From an uncultured bacterium (GTDB taxonomy: Bacteria > UBP4 > UBA4092), in assembly GCA_963768165.1 (NCBI GenBank), contig CAVYHJ010000002.1:195283-259282 (forward strand): DNA of 64,000 nt. The letters run 5' to 3'. Within the stretch, counting starts at the first letter, position 1. Each line of letters begins with the position of its first letter. The notes beneath the pieces were generated by a model. The model made no database searches. It saw only the letters and a list, made by a program, of their open reading frames with translations, and was not told the origin of the DNA. Positions 39,498 to 48,951 of the stretch are shown here, in pieces. A program made the translations under genes and the position numbers.

Positions 39498-40031
39498 ATG
39501 GCGATATTAAAAGTAGCAAAAATGGGTCACCCGGTATTGCGAACGAAGGCTCAACCCTTGAGTCCAAAGGAAATACGGTTACCGGAAAATCAACTTTTGA
39601 TAGAAAACATGGTAGAAACCATGCGGGAATATGATGGGGTGGGTTTGGCGGGACCGCAAGTACATGAATCGAAACGGATATTTGTGGTGGAGGTAGTAGA
39701 AAATCCTGATAATCCGAAACGGGGGGGGACTCCTTTAAAAGTATTGATTAACCCGATCATTAAACCGTTAACCAATGAGAAAGCGTTGGGTTGGGAAGGG
39801 TGCCTCTCCATACCGGATATCCGCGGGATGGTGCCAAGATATACGGAAATTGAAGTTTCGGCGGTTGATCGGCATGGGAAAGAATTGAATTTTAAAGCCA
39901 AGGATTTTTTTGCGGTGGTGATTCAACATGAAACCGATCATCTGGACGGGATATTGTTTCTTGACCGGATGCAGGATTTTTCCACCTTGACCTATTTGAA
40001 CGAATATGCCAAGTATTGGGCAAAAGAATAG
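39498..40031 (+). CDS. def: Peptide deformylase
   Basis: Motifs GVGLAGPQV, EGCLSIP, HETDHLDG; start at MAILKV with AGGAG RBS. Confidence 0.9.
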   Translation: MAILKVAKMGHPVLRTKAQPLSPKEIRLPENQLLIENMVETMREYDGVGLAGPQVHESKRIFVVEVVENPDNPKRGGTPLKVLINPIIKPLTNEKALGWEGCLSIPDIRGMVPRYTEIEVSAVDRHGKELNFKAKDFFAVVIQHETDHLDGILFLDRMQDFSTLTYLNEYAKYWAKE

Positions 40032-40093
40032 TCTAAAGCTTGAGTTTTAAAGCTCTAACATTGGATGTGAGACCTTAGACTTGGGACTTAATT

Positions 40094-40843
40094 ATGGATA
40101 CGGATACGAGAAATGCAGTCGCGGAATTGATTCTGGAAGCGTTGAAAAAACCGGAAAAAGCGAGATACATGGATTTGTTGGAGGGATATTGTTCTCATGT
40201 GGAGAAATGGAACGCTCTTATGGTTCCGTTCACTTCTTTGAATCATAACTTCCCCATTACCCGAAATATTTTAGAGTCTTTGGTCCATTCAGGATTGTTT
40301 AAAATGTTTCCCTTGGAAATGCCATTGGAAGAAGAGGATACTCCCCTACCCTCCGGAGCAACTTTATGTTTAAATCCGGAAATTGAGAATGATTTTCCCT
40401 ACCTGGCATCCCGCATCCACGCGGGGTACCGGATTGTGGATACCTTGCGTAATAATCCTGTCCCGAAAGAAAAGAATCATATTGAAAGCGGGATCATCAA
40501 AGCTTCGCTCCTGTTTAATAACAAACTATATTTTGAGACCCATGAGATATTGGAAGAAATCTGGCTGGAGGAGACGGGTTCTATCCGTCCATTTTTACAA
40601 GGGATTATTCAAATTGCGGTGGGTTTTCATCATCTCCTGAATAGTAATTATTATGGGGTGGTAAGTTTGACGAAAGACGGAGCAAATAAATTACGTCCCT
40701 ATACACCCGTTCATAGTGGATTGGATGTAAAATCATTTTTGGCGGGAGTAGACCGATGCCAGGAAAGATTAACAGAGTTAAACAGAGAAACAGTTTCCCA
40801 ATTTGATCCTTCGTTAATCCCGAAGATGAGATTGGTGAATTAA
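40094..40843 (+). CDS. DUF309-like domain protein
   Basis: LFNNKLYFETHEILEEIWLEETG...FLQGIIQIAVGFHHLL fits the DUF309 pattern as remembered. Confidence 0.5.
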   Translation: MDTDTRNAVAELILEALKKPEKARYMDLLEGYCSHVEKWNALMVPFTSLNHNFPITRNILESLVHSGLFKMFPLEMPLEEEDTPLPSGATLCLNPEIENDFPYLASRIHAGYRIVDTLRNNPVPKEKNHIESGIIKASLLFNNKLYFETHEILEEIWLEETGSIRPFLQGIIQIAVGFHHLLNSNYYGVVSLTKDGANKLRPYTPVHSGLDVKSFLAGVDRCQERLTELNRETVSQFDPSLIPKMRLVN

Positions 40844-40912
40844 GTTGAAGTAAATTTTGATTCTATGTAAAATGGAAAGACTGAGCAATATAATTTCAAG
40901 TTACAAGGAGGA

Positions 40913-41224
40913 ATGCGTATGGCCGAGTTTGTTTTTGCGGCAAAAAAAAGCGAGATTGAGCCGGGAAACGGGAAAACCGTGGAAATTAACGGGACACCGG
41001 TGGCGATTTTCAATGTAAACGGAAAGTTTTATGCAATTCATGACACGTGTGTTCATGCCGGAGGCCCGTTGGGAGAAGGGTATCTGGATGAGAATATCGT
41101 GACCTGTCCGTGGCACGGGTGGAAATATGATGTGATCACCGGCCAGTCCGAAGTTACCGCTTCTGCTAAAGTCCAGACTTTTGAAGTGAAAGTAGAAGGC
41201 GACGACATCAAAGTCGCGGTGTAA
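40913..41224 (+). CDS. Rieske [2Fe-2S] domain protein
   Basis: CVHAGGPL and CPWHGWKYD (CxH...CxxH) motifs; 103 aa. Confidence 0.8.
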   Translation: MRMAEFVFAAKKSEIEPGNGKTVEINGTPVAIFNVNGKFYAIHDTCVHAGGPLGEGYLDENIVTCPWHGWKYDVITGQSEVTASAKVQTFEVKVEGDDIKVAV

Positions 41225-41315
41225 GCATATTGGAAAATTTGAGATTTCAGAGGGGATTTGCCCGGTGAGACACCTTTAGATAAGGTGTTTCAAAAAAAGA
41301 GAATTTGAGATATCT

Positions 41316-42095
41316 ATGGCGGCTGTTGGAAAAGTTGAAAATTCAAAAAGATTTAAAACAAGCTGGATGGGGATGGCAGTCCTCTTCTTTGGATTGTTAG
41401 TTATTAATCAATTCATCCTCACTCAGCGGGTACAATTGGGATTACAAAAATCGGAGTTTTATGACGCCCCCAAAAAACTATTAGGAGGAGCATTCCGAGA
41501 AGTTCGGGTGACCATCGCAGATATTTTATGGGTCAAGGTAGATACGTATTTTCATGCGGCATTAACACCGGAAGAACATGAACAAATCCATCCCGGCCAT
41601 CCGGAACATATGCTCGGGATATCCCATTCTGCCAGTGCACGAGCCATGGCGGAAACCCAATTTCTCCCTTTGATTAAGATCATCACGGAGTTGGATCCCA
41701 ATTTTATCACCGCCTACTCAACCGGGGGATGGTGGTTATGGCAAAAACTTAACCAGGTACCGCAAGCAATAGATTTTTTCAAAGAGGGCATCCGGAATAA
41801 TCCCACCAGTTTTCAACTGCATTACGATTTGGCAACACTATATTTTTGGAAATTGGAGGATTATGAAAAGACCAAAGGAGAACTCATCGCGGCGTTAAAC
41901 ATGGAAATGGATGACCGCACGAGAGTCGAAGTAATGAATTTTTTGGGATATACTTACGAGAGATTGAACGATAATACGAATGCCATTAAAATTTGGGAAC
42001 AGATTGAAAAAACGAACGTATTCCCTTACTCAAATTCCGCAAAACGGCGGTTGGCCGAATTACAACCCATGCAAAAAAGGCTCTCAGGAAAATGA
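41316..42095 (+). CDS. Hypothetical protein, TPR-like C-terminus
   Basis: N-terminal TM then helical repeats; ATGA overlap with the downstream kinase gene. Confidence 0.4.
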   Translation: MAAVGKVENSKRFKTSWMGMAVLFFGLLVINQFILTQRVQLGLQKSEFYDAPKKLLGGAFREVRVTIADILWVKVDTYFHAALTPEEHEQIHPGHPEHMLGISHSASARAMAETQFLPLIKIITELDPNFITAYSTGGWWLWQKLNQVPQAIDFFKEGIRNNPTSFQLHYDLATLYFWKLEDYEKTKGELIAALNMEMDDRTRVEVMNFLGYTYERLNDNTNAIKIWEQIEKTNVFPYSNSAKRRLAELQPMQKRLSGK

Positions 42096-43705
42096 TTATG
42101 CGCACAAAACCAATGAATCTAGAATCGTCCACCCAAATCGGTTTGAGTGACGATTCTCATGCCAATGAATCTAATAAAAAGAACCAATCAAGACTTGAAG
42201 AAAACACTTCTTTATTTAATCGTGGAACCCTGAGAATCCGACTAATCATCGCCGGGCCATTATTCGTCAGTTTACTGGTTTTACTCACCGGCGTATTCAT
42301 TTTACAGATCGTCGAACTCAAAATAACAAATGCGGGAGTGCCTCAAGCAAATATCAATAATATTTTGTCGACACTTGAATTAACCATTTTAGGGTTTACA
42401 GTGATTGCGGCTTTTGCTGGATTTTTACTGAGTTATGTTATTGTTAAACCGGTCCGCCGAATGACGGAAACCGCAAGAAATATTGCTACTGGAAAATTGA
42501 CCCAAACCGACCAAATTCCTTCGCACGTGGAATTAGATACGTTGCAGGCGACATTTAATAACATGGTCACTTCGCTACGTGAATTTTCCTATGAACGAAA
42601 TACCTATATTTTAGAGAGTTTAACGAGTGCCTTGGTAACATTGGACAGTACGGGGAAAATTGCCACCATCAACACAGCAGCAGAATCCATCCTGGGAGTC
42701 GAACCAGATTCCGCCACGGGAAAATCCATTTTCGATATTCTGGAAGATTTACCAGAAAACCAACAAGTCCGAAGGATGTTTCAAAACAGTTTACAGCGCC
42801 ACATCACCTATTCTTCCGAGGAAATAATTTTAAGTTCTGCTAAATTTAAAAAACTACCGATCGGAATAACCATTTCACTTTTAAAAGAAGAAGACCAACT
42901 CATCGGGATTGTCGCCGCATTCAAAGACTTGAGTAAAATCAAACAGATTCACCAGCAACTCCAGCGTTCTGACCGGCTGGCGGCCATCGGGACTTTGGCT
43001 ACAGGATTAGCACATGAGATCCGCAACCCGCTGGGTTCCATGCGAGGATTGGCACAATTACTGGCGGAAGATATGAAACCGGAAGATCCCAAATTACGTT
43101 ATGCCCAGGTTATTATAAAAGAAATTGACCGTTTAAATCATGTGGTACAGGAACTCTTAACTTTTTCACAGGCATCGACCGGCGGAATGGAATATAATGA
43201 CATCAATATTGCTTTGCGTGATGCTTTATTCGTTGCAAAACAGAATCCGAAAATGAACCCGAATATTACCATAACGGAATATTATGACACGCAAATTCCC
43301 CTGGTAAAGATTGAAAAAGAAAAGCTTATTCAAGCATTTTTGAACATCATCATAAACGGCTTGGAAGCTGCAGGGGAAATGCCGGGAGATAAAAGCAATT
43401 TGAATGTTCGTACTTCGTTAGCCAACCCACGTTCCGATTACCCGGTGCCGAACCTGGGGTTTGCACTAGTCGAAATAAGCAATACCGGCAAGACCATTCC
43501 ACCGGAACATCTCGATCATATTTTTGACCCATTTTTTACAACAAAAGAATCCGGTACGGGATTGGGTCTGGCGATTGTTCACCAAATTATTGCTTCTCAC
43601 AGCGGATTAATCGAAGTCAGCAGCGAACCGAATAAAGGGACGGTTTTCCAAATTTACATTCCTATTATTAAAGAACAGGAGGCATTTGAACTTGCCACCA
43701 CCTAA
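42092..43705 (+). CDS. Sensor histidine kinase (NtrB/PilS-like)
   Basis: Two TM segments, PAS-like region, H-box LAHEIRNPLGSMRGL, HATPase G-boxes (GTGLGLAIV). Confidence 0.85.
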   Translation: MIMRTKPMNLESSTQIGLSDDSHANESNKKNQSRLEENTSLFNRGTLRIRLIIAGPLFVSLLVLLTGVFILQIVELKITNAGVPQANINNILSTLELTILGFTVIAAFAGFLLSYVIVKPVRRMTETARNIATGKLTQTDQIPSHVELDTLQATFNNMVTSLREFSYERNTYILESLTSALVTLDSTGKIATINTAAESILGVEPDSATGKSIFDILEDLPENQQVRRMFQNSLQRHITYSSEEIILSSAKFKKLPIGITISLLKEEDQLIGIVAAFKDLSKIKQIHQQLQRSDRLAAIGTLATGLAHEIRNPLGSMRGLAQLLAEDMKPEDPKLRYAQVIIKEIDRLNHVVQELLTFSQASTGGMEYNDINIALRDALFVAKQNPKMNPNITITEYYDTQIPLVKIEKEKLIQAFLNIIINGLEAAGEMPGDKSNLNVRTSLANPRSDYPVPNLGFALVEISNTGKTIPPEHLDHIFDPFFTTKESGTGLGLAIVHQIIASHSGLIEVSSEPNKGTVFQIYIPIIKEQEAFELATT

Positions 43706-45071
43706 AGTTTTAATCGTTGACGACGAAGAAACATTACGATTTACTCTATCTGAGGTAATGAACAAGGAGGGGTATACCGCGGTGACAGCCGCAGACGGCG
43801 AAGAAGCCTTGCAAAAAGCAACCGGGACACTGTTCGATCTGATTATTTTAGATATCAAGATGCCCAAAATGGACGGGATGGAAACGCTACCACGAATTAA
43901 AGAAATAGATCCAGATGCCACCGTCATTATGATAACAGCTTTTGGTTCCAAAGAATTGGCTCTTCAAGCCATCCATATCGGCGCTTACGACTATTTCACC
44001 AAACCTTTTGATATTGAAGAAATGCGGGTAGTGGTGCGAAGAGGTTTGGAAAAAAACCGGCTGCAACGGGAACTTTCGGTATTACAAAAGCAACCCTTTG
44101 AATTTGACAATATGATTGGGCAAAGCAACCAAATGCAGGATGTTTTCCGTTTAATCCATCAAGTAGCTAACTCCGATGCGACGGTATTAATTTGCGGAGA
44201 AAGCGGCACGGGGAAGGAATTGGTCGCTCAAGCGATTCATTACCACAGTTCCCGTTCCAGAAAACCGTTTGTCAAAATGAATTGTGTTGCCATTCCGGAG
44301 GGTCTGCTCGAATCGGAATTATTTGGCCATGAAAAAGGGTCGTTCACCGGTGCCGTAACGCAACGAGTAGGCAAATTCGAATTGGCGCAGGATGGTACTT
44401 TGCTTTTGGATGAAATCGGAGATATGAGTCTGACCACCCAGGCAAAACTGTTGCGGGTACTTCAAGAAAGAGAATTTGAACGAGTTGGGGGAAACAAGAT
44501 TGTCAAAGTCAATATTCGTATCATTGCAGCAACCAATCAAGACCTAGCCAAGGCGGTGCAAGAAAAAAAATTTCGGGAAGATTTATATTTTCGATTGAAT
44601 GTAGTACCGATTTATTTACCTCCGTTACGTGAACGAAAAGGCGATATTCCATTATTATTGGATCATTTTTTGCGGATTTACAATGCCAGATTTTCAAAAC
44701 AGGTCAGGAATGTTGCTCCATCTGTGATGAAATTTCTTACGGAATATTCCTGGCCGGGGAATATCAGGGAATTTGAAAATATCATTCAACGCGCGGTGGT
44801 ACTTGCTCAATCGGATACACTGACAGAGAACTATTTACCCTTGGGCACTCCCCCGGTAAAATCCAACGATACAATTGCTACAGAATCTCTTTCCGGCAAT
44901 CAACCTCTTAGTAAAAAGATTAACGCTATTACTTCGGAAGCGGAAAAAAAGATTATCCTCCAAGCTCTGGAAGAAGCTCAGGGAAATAGGACTATTGCTG
45001 CTAGAATACTGGGTCTAAGCCGCAAGGGACTTTACGATAAGTTGGCCAGATACCATATTTCGGATAACTGA
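43686..45071 (+). CDS. Sigma54-dependent response regulator (NtrC/PilR family)
   Basis: REC domain, AAA+ Walker A GESGTGKE, GAFTGA-type ESELFGHEKGSFTGA, C-terminal HTH. Confidence 0.9.
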   Translation: MNLPPPKVLIVDDEETLRFTLSEVMNKEGYTAVTAADGEEALQKATGTLFDLIILDIKMPKMDGMETLPRIKEIDPDATVIMITAFGSKELALQAIHIGAYDYFTKPFDIEEMRVVVRRGLEKNRLQRELSVLQKQPFEFDNMIGQSNQMQDVFRLIHQVANSDATVLICGESGTGKELVAQAIHYHSSRSRKPFVKMNCVAIPEGLLESELFGHEKGSFTGAVTQRVGKFELAQDGTLLLDEIGDMSLTTQAKLLRVLQEREFERVGGNKIVKVNIRIIAATNQDLAKAVQEKKFREDLYFRLNVVPIYLPPLRERKGDIPLLLDHFLRIYNARFSKQVRNVAPSVMKFLTEYSWPGNIREFENIIQRAVVLAQSDTLTENYLPLGTPPVKSNDTIATESLSGNQPLSKKINAITSEAEKKIILQALEEAQGNRTIAARILGLSRKGLYDKLARYHISDN

Positions 45072-45256
45072 TCTTTTACAACGAACAATTCTGTAAAACA
45101 GACACTTTCCAATCATCTCAGATTAACTCTAATAAACAACTGTAACCCTAACTTTACATATTGGCAAATTTATCAAGGATTATAATTCCACCCAGTGTTC
45201 AATTAGATAATTGATTATATTATTGTTATGATTACTTTTTGAAAATAATAAGGTAA

Positions 45257-45272
45257 TGGCATGGGGTTTGCG
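45257..45272 (+). promoter_or_regulatory. Sigma54 (-24/-12) promoter candidate
   Basis: TGGCATGGGGTTTGCG: GG and GC elements with canonical spacing, about 65 nt upstream of the first pilin-like gene. Confidence 0.5.
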
Positions 45273-45337
45273 TTATCATAACCTACAATGAAAAATAAAA
45301 TACACATAAACCAAATTAGAAAGGGGGGGAATAATTA

Positions 45338-45712
45338 ATGAAAACATTAAGAAATAAACGTGGTTTTACCTTGGTGGAAATTATGATCGTAGTAGCGATC
45401 ATCGGAATCTTGGCGGCTATTGCTATCCCGAACTTTATCAGAGCGCGGATACAATCTAATGCCAAGGCGTGCGTCAATAACCTGAAACAAGTATCGGGTG
45501 CCAAAGACCAATATGCCTTGGAATTCAAATTGACAGGTTCGAATTCCGTGAGTCCGTTTGCCAATCTGACGGTGTATCTGTTGAACCCGAATGCGACAAC
45601 CTGCCCGACTAATGGGTCCGCCTATACCGGCGATGTGGTTATTCAAAATACTGTGGTCTGTCCGAACTTTGCTTCAACCGATCCAGAATTTTCACTACAT
45701 CATTTCCCTTAA
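45338..45712 (+). CDS. Prepilin-type (pilin/pseudopilin-like) protein 1
   Basis: N-terminal GFTLVEIMIVVAIIGILAAIAIP cleavage/methylation motif; 124 aa. Confidence 0.8.
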   Translation: MKTLRNKRGFTLVEIMIVVAIIGILAAIAIPNFIRARIQSNAKACVNNLKQVSGAKDQYALEFKLTGSNSVSPFANLTVYLLNPNATTCPTNGSAYTGDVVIQNTVVCPNFASTDPEFSLHHFP

Positions 45713-45797
45713 AAACGTATTTACTCAAAACCGGCGTCTTGGTTTAACTTACAAGCCGTCGGTTTTTTTACTGTTTCGGGAAAAAAAGGAGAAAAAT

Positions 45798-46172
45798 ATG
45801 TTTAAAAAAAGAGGTCAATTAGGATTTACCTTGGTAGAAATCATGATTGTCGTGGCTATTATCGGAATCTTGGCGGCTATCGCTATTCCGAACTTTATCA
45901 GGGCCCGAATTCAATCTAATGCCAAGTCTTGCGTCAATAATCTTAAGCAAGTAACCGGTGCGAAAGCGCAATACGCCTTGGAATTCAAACTGACAGGTTC
46001 CAATTCCGTTAGCCCGTTTGCCAACCTGACCGTGTATCTGTTGAATCCGAATGCGACAGCCTGCCCCACCAATGGATCCGCCTATACTGGCGATGTGGTT
46101 ATTCAAAATGCTGTTGTCTGTCCGAACTTTGGTTCAACCGATCCGGAATTTTCACTACATTACTATCCGTAA
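45798..46172 (+). CDS. Prepilin-type protein 2
   Basis: Start set at MFKKRGQLGFTLVEIM (AAGGAG RBS); about 85 percent identical to gene 1. Confidence 0.8.
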   Translation: MFKKRGQLGFTLVEIMIVVAIIGILAAIAIPNFIRARIQSNAKSCVNNLKQVTGAKAQYALEFKLTGSNSVSPFANLTVYLLNPNATACPTNGSAYTGDVVIQNAVVCPNFGSTDPEFSLHYYP

Positions 46173-46281
46173 TTCAAGAAGAGGGCGATTGTGTATAATA
46201 AGAAGTTATCATACCAAGGAGTTCTTGGAAGCCGAGAACTCCTTGGGTAATCAGTTTAGTGTGAAAACCAGTGATAGTGAT

Positions 46282-46662
46282 ATGAAACCTAGAACAAAAA
46301 AGTTAAAACGTGGATTTACCCTTGTTGAAATCATGATTGTGGTTGCAATCATCGGAATTTTGGCCAGCATTGCTATTCCATGGTGGATACGCAGTGTAAT
46401 TCAAACCAATGCGAAAGCTTGCATCAACAACCTTAAACAATTGGATAGTGCCAAATTCCAATATGCATTGGAATTAAAAATGTCTGGTTCCGCATCTATT
46501 ACATCAATTTCGGATCTAACAGTCTACCTGTTACAGCCCAATGCGACAACCTGCCCTACTAATGGCAGCCCCTATTTGGGAAGTTTTGTGGTAAGCAATG
46601 ATTTTGTATGTCCTAATTTTACCTCGATTGATCCCGAATTCTCAATGCATACCTGGCCTTAA
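46282..46662 (+). CDS. Prepilin-type protein 3
   Basis: Start set at MKPRTKKLKRGFTLVEIM; more divergent paralog. Confidence 0.75.
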   Translation: MKPRTKKLKRGFTLVEIMIVVAIIGILASIAIPWWIRSVIQTNAKACINNLKQLDSAKFQYALELKMSGSASITSISDLTVYLLQPNATTCPTNGSPYLGSFVVSNDFVCPNFTSIDPEFSMHTWP

Positions 46663-46695
46663 TCCATTCCGAAGTTTCTGAAATATTATCTTTAA

Positions 46696-48714
46696 TTATT
46701 GTAATTCCAGCAGTCCCTTTTTTGCCCCCGCATATTCCGGATTGAAAAACAAGACTCGATTGTAAGATTCTTTCGCCAGATCCTTTTTCCCCTGAGTTTG
46801 GTATAACAATCCCAATCGGTAATGGGAGGAAATATTTTCGGGTTCTAACTGTACCGACTCTTTCCATTCACTTTCTGCTTTCCCAAATTCTTTATTGGTG
46901 AAATAATAAATTCCCTGATAGTAATGGTAATCCGATAAACGCTCGAACGCCCATGCCCTCCAAAAATCTTTTTGGGAAATATCTGACGGCGTATACCGGT
47001 AAACATAATTTATTTTTGGCGGTAGATATGGATAAGGATGTTCAGGGACGGCATTTTTGACAGGTACACTTGTCACATGATAAAGCAACCCTTCCTGAGT
47101 TACTGATAACGACGGGTTAATTCGAAGATTATATTTCTCATAAAAATAACAGGGACGCTGTGATAGATTCTGTTTGAAAAATTGGAACATTTGCCAATCC
47201 ACAAACGTGAATGCCTGGTTGGGATTTTTGGGGACTTGAGAATTGTTGAAGGTGGGGATTTGTAATTTTGGATCATGGATTCTGTTTAACCCTTCATAAT
47301 ACCATCCCAGCGCCAGTGACGTTCGCGAAAGTACGGTGACATCCGCACGATAATGTTCCACTTGCTGCAAATACCAAACTGGGAATACATGTAAATCATC
47401 GTCACCGATAAATAAAGCCTTCGGTTCCATAGTATCCAAAATATCTTTTCCAAAATCATACGCGAGATAATAATTACGCTCATTATGTTTTAAGAATTGG
47501 GTTACAAAGCCCGTCAAAACAAAAAAAACGCTAATGGCATATGCTAGAAAATATCTATTGGGTTTGTTATTGATAATTGTATATCCAATTCTCGTAATCC
47601 CTATCCCCCCCCATATCCCATAAATTAAGTATGCAGGAATAAAAAAAACGTCCCGGGTTTCTAAAGAGAGTAGTTGAGTCATGGGATGATTATTGACAGC
47701 ACAGAAAAATAACCACACGACTATAGCAATCCCTCCCAATAGAATGGCGGAGGATTTATGATTCTGTCCAAGCCAAGATAACCCGAATAATGCGCATAAT
47801 CCCAAAATAATTCCGTAAATCAATCCGGAGATGGTTACGGATTGCCCGGTCAACAAAACCCATGCGGTCGTGCCCAACTGTTCTTCCAGCAAGCCCCATG
47901 ACCGTCTCCATTCAAACGGCGGGTAATCGCTTCGTAATAGAATTTCTCTGAATCCTTTCCATGTATCCGCTTTTCCCCATTCGATCATTCCCAAATGCGG
48001 TGTTACCAACGGCAGTAATAAATATACCGAAAATCCTAATAAAGCCAGGGAAATACCAATAAGTAAAGGTTTAAGTGAAAATGTATTTTTGAATTGCCCC
48101 TGCAATAACAAAAAAAGAATTACTACCGGAACATAAAGAACGGAGGTATGATGAATCCCCAGGCTGAACGACCACAGGAATACCCCCGCGTACCAATATC
48201 GCCGTTCCCGGGTCCGGGCGTAAAGCAATACAAATAAAATGATAAATGCCGTAAAGAACGCGCTCAACGGATGAACTTTTGCCACCAACGCCTGCGACCA
48301 AAAGGTCCCGGAAAAAGCAAATGTCAACGCACCGGATATGGCTCCGATGTGTGCCATTGTACTTGACTGTAAATCCTTTTCCGTTAAACAGTACCATTGC
48401 AAAAGAAGAAAAATAATGACATACGTTACGCCCACAGAAGCCGCCGCAAAGAATACCGATAATAAGTTCACTCTATAGCCGATATCCGTTCCAAAAGGCA
48501 GAAAAGTAAACAATTTCGCCAACAGAATATATGTCGGATAACCGGGTGGGTGCGCGAATCGCAAACCGTAGGATGCCGTGATAAAATCCCCGCTATCTCC
48601 GAAGGTCACGGTCGGTGCGACAGTATAAAGATACACCGCCCCGCTAATCAAAAAAGTCAAAATGAAATATGTAATAACTTTTTTTTGATTTACCATAAAT
48701 TTCTTGGAATTCAA
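46696..48714 (-). CDS. DUF2723-like polytopic membrane protein with C-terminal TPR repeats
   Basis: N-terminal YLYTVAPTVTFGDSGDF motif, many TM segments, C-terminal TPR-like helices. Confidence 0.6.
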   Translation of the reverse strand: MNSKKFMVNQKKVITYFILTFLISGAVYLYTVAPTVTFGDSGDFITASYGLRFAHPPGYPTYILLAKLFTFLPFGTDIGYRVNLLSVFFAAASVGVTYVIIFLLLQWYCLTEKDLQSSTMAHIGAISGALTFAFSGTFWSQALVAKVHPLSAFFTAFIILFVLLYARTRERRYWYAGVFLWSFSLGIHHTSVLYVPVVILFLLLQGQFKNTFSLKPLLIGISLALLGFSVYLLLPLVTPHLGMIEWGKADTWKGFREILLRSDYPPFEWRRSWGLLEEQLGTTAWVLLTGQSVTISGLIYGIILGLCALFGLSWLGQNHKSSAILLGGIAIVVWLFFCAVNNHPMTQLLSLETRDVFFIPAYLIYGIWGGIGITRIGYTIINNKPNRYFLAYAISVFFVLTGFVTQFLKHNERNYYLAYDFGKDILDTMEPKALFIGDDDLHVFPVWYLQQVEHYRADVTVLSRTSLALGWYYEGLNRIHDPKLQIPTFNNSQVPKNPNQAFTFVDWQMFQFFKQNLSQRPCYFYEKYNLRINPSLSVTQEGLLYHVTSVPVKNAVPEHPYPYLPPKINYVYRYTPSDISQKDFWRAWAFERLSDYHYYQGIYYFTNKEFGKAESEWKESVQLEPENISSHYRLGLLYQTQGKKDLAKESYNRVLFFNPEYAGAKKGLLELQ

Positions 48715-48849
48715 AAACAGTATATTGTATCACTGAATCCTAAACTATATTATCCTACAAATCGCCCATCACGAGTCCTATTCATTACAAGATGAAGCTA
48801 AAATCAGAGCGGACTCCAATACAAGATGTGGCGGAAATAGTGGGAGGGC

Positions 48850-48896
48850 GGGTAAGAAAATAAATAAAAATTAGGGGTGTCCAGACATGAACACCC
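48850..48896 (-). terminator. Intrinsic terminator after GH44-like gene copy 1
   Basis: Hairpin GGGTGT/ACACCC followed by U-rich tract on the minus-strand transcript. Confidence 0.5.
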
Positions 48897-48951
48897 TATG
48901 TACTCATTATTGTAAAATACTAGTAGAATGTCTTCTAATTATTACCATGGG

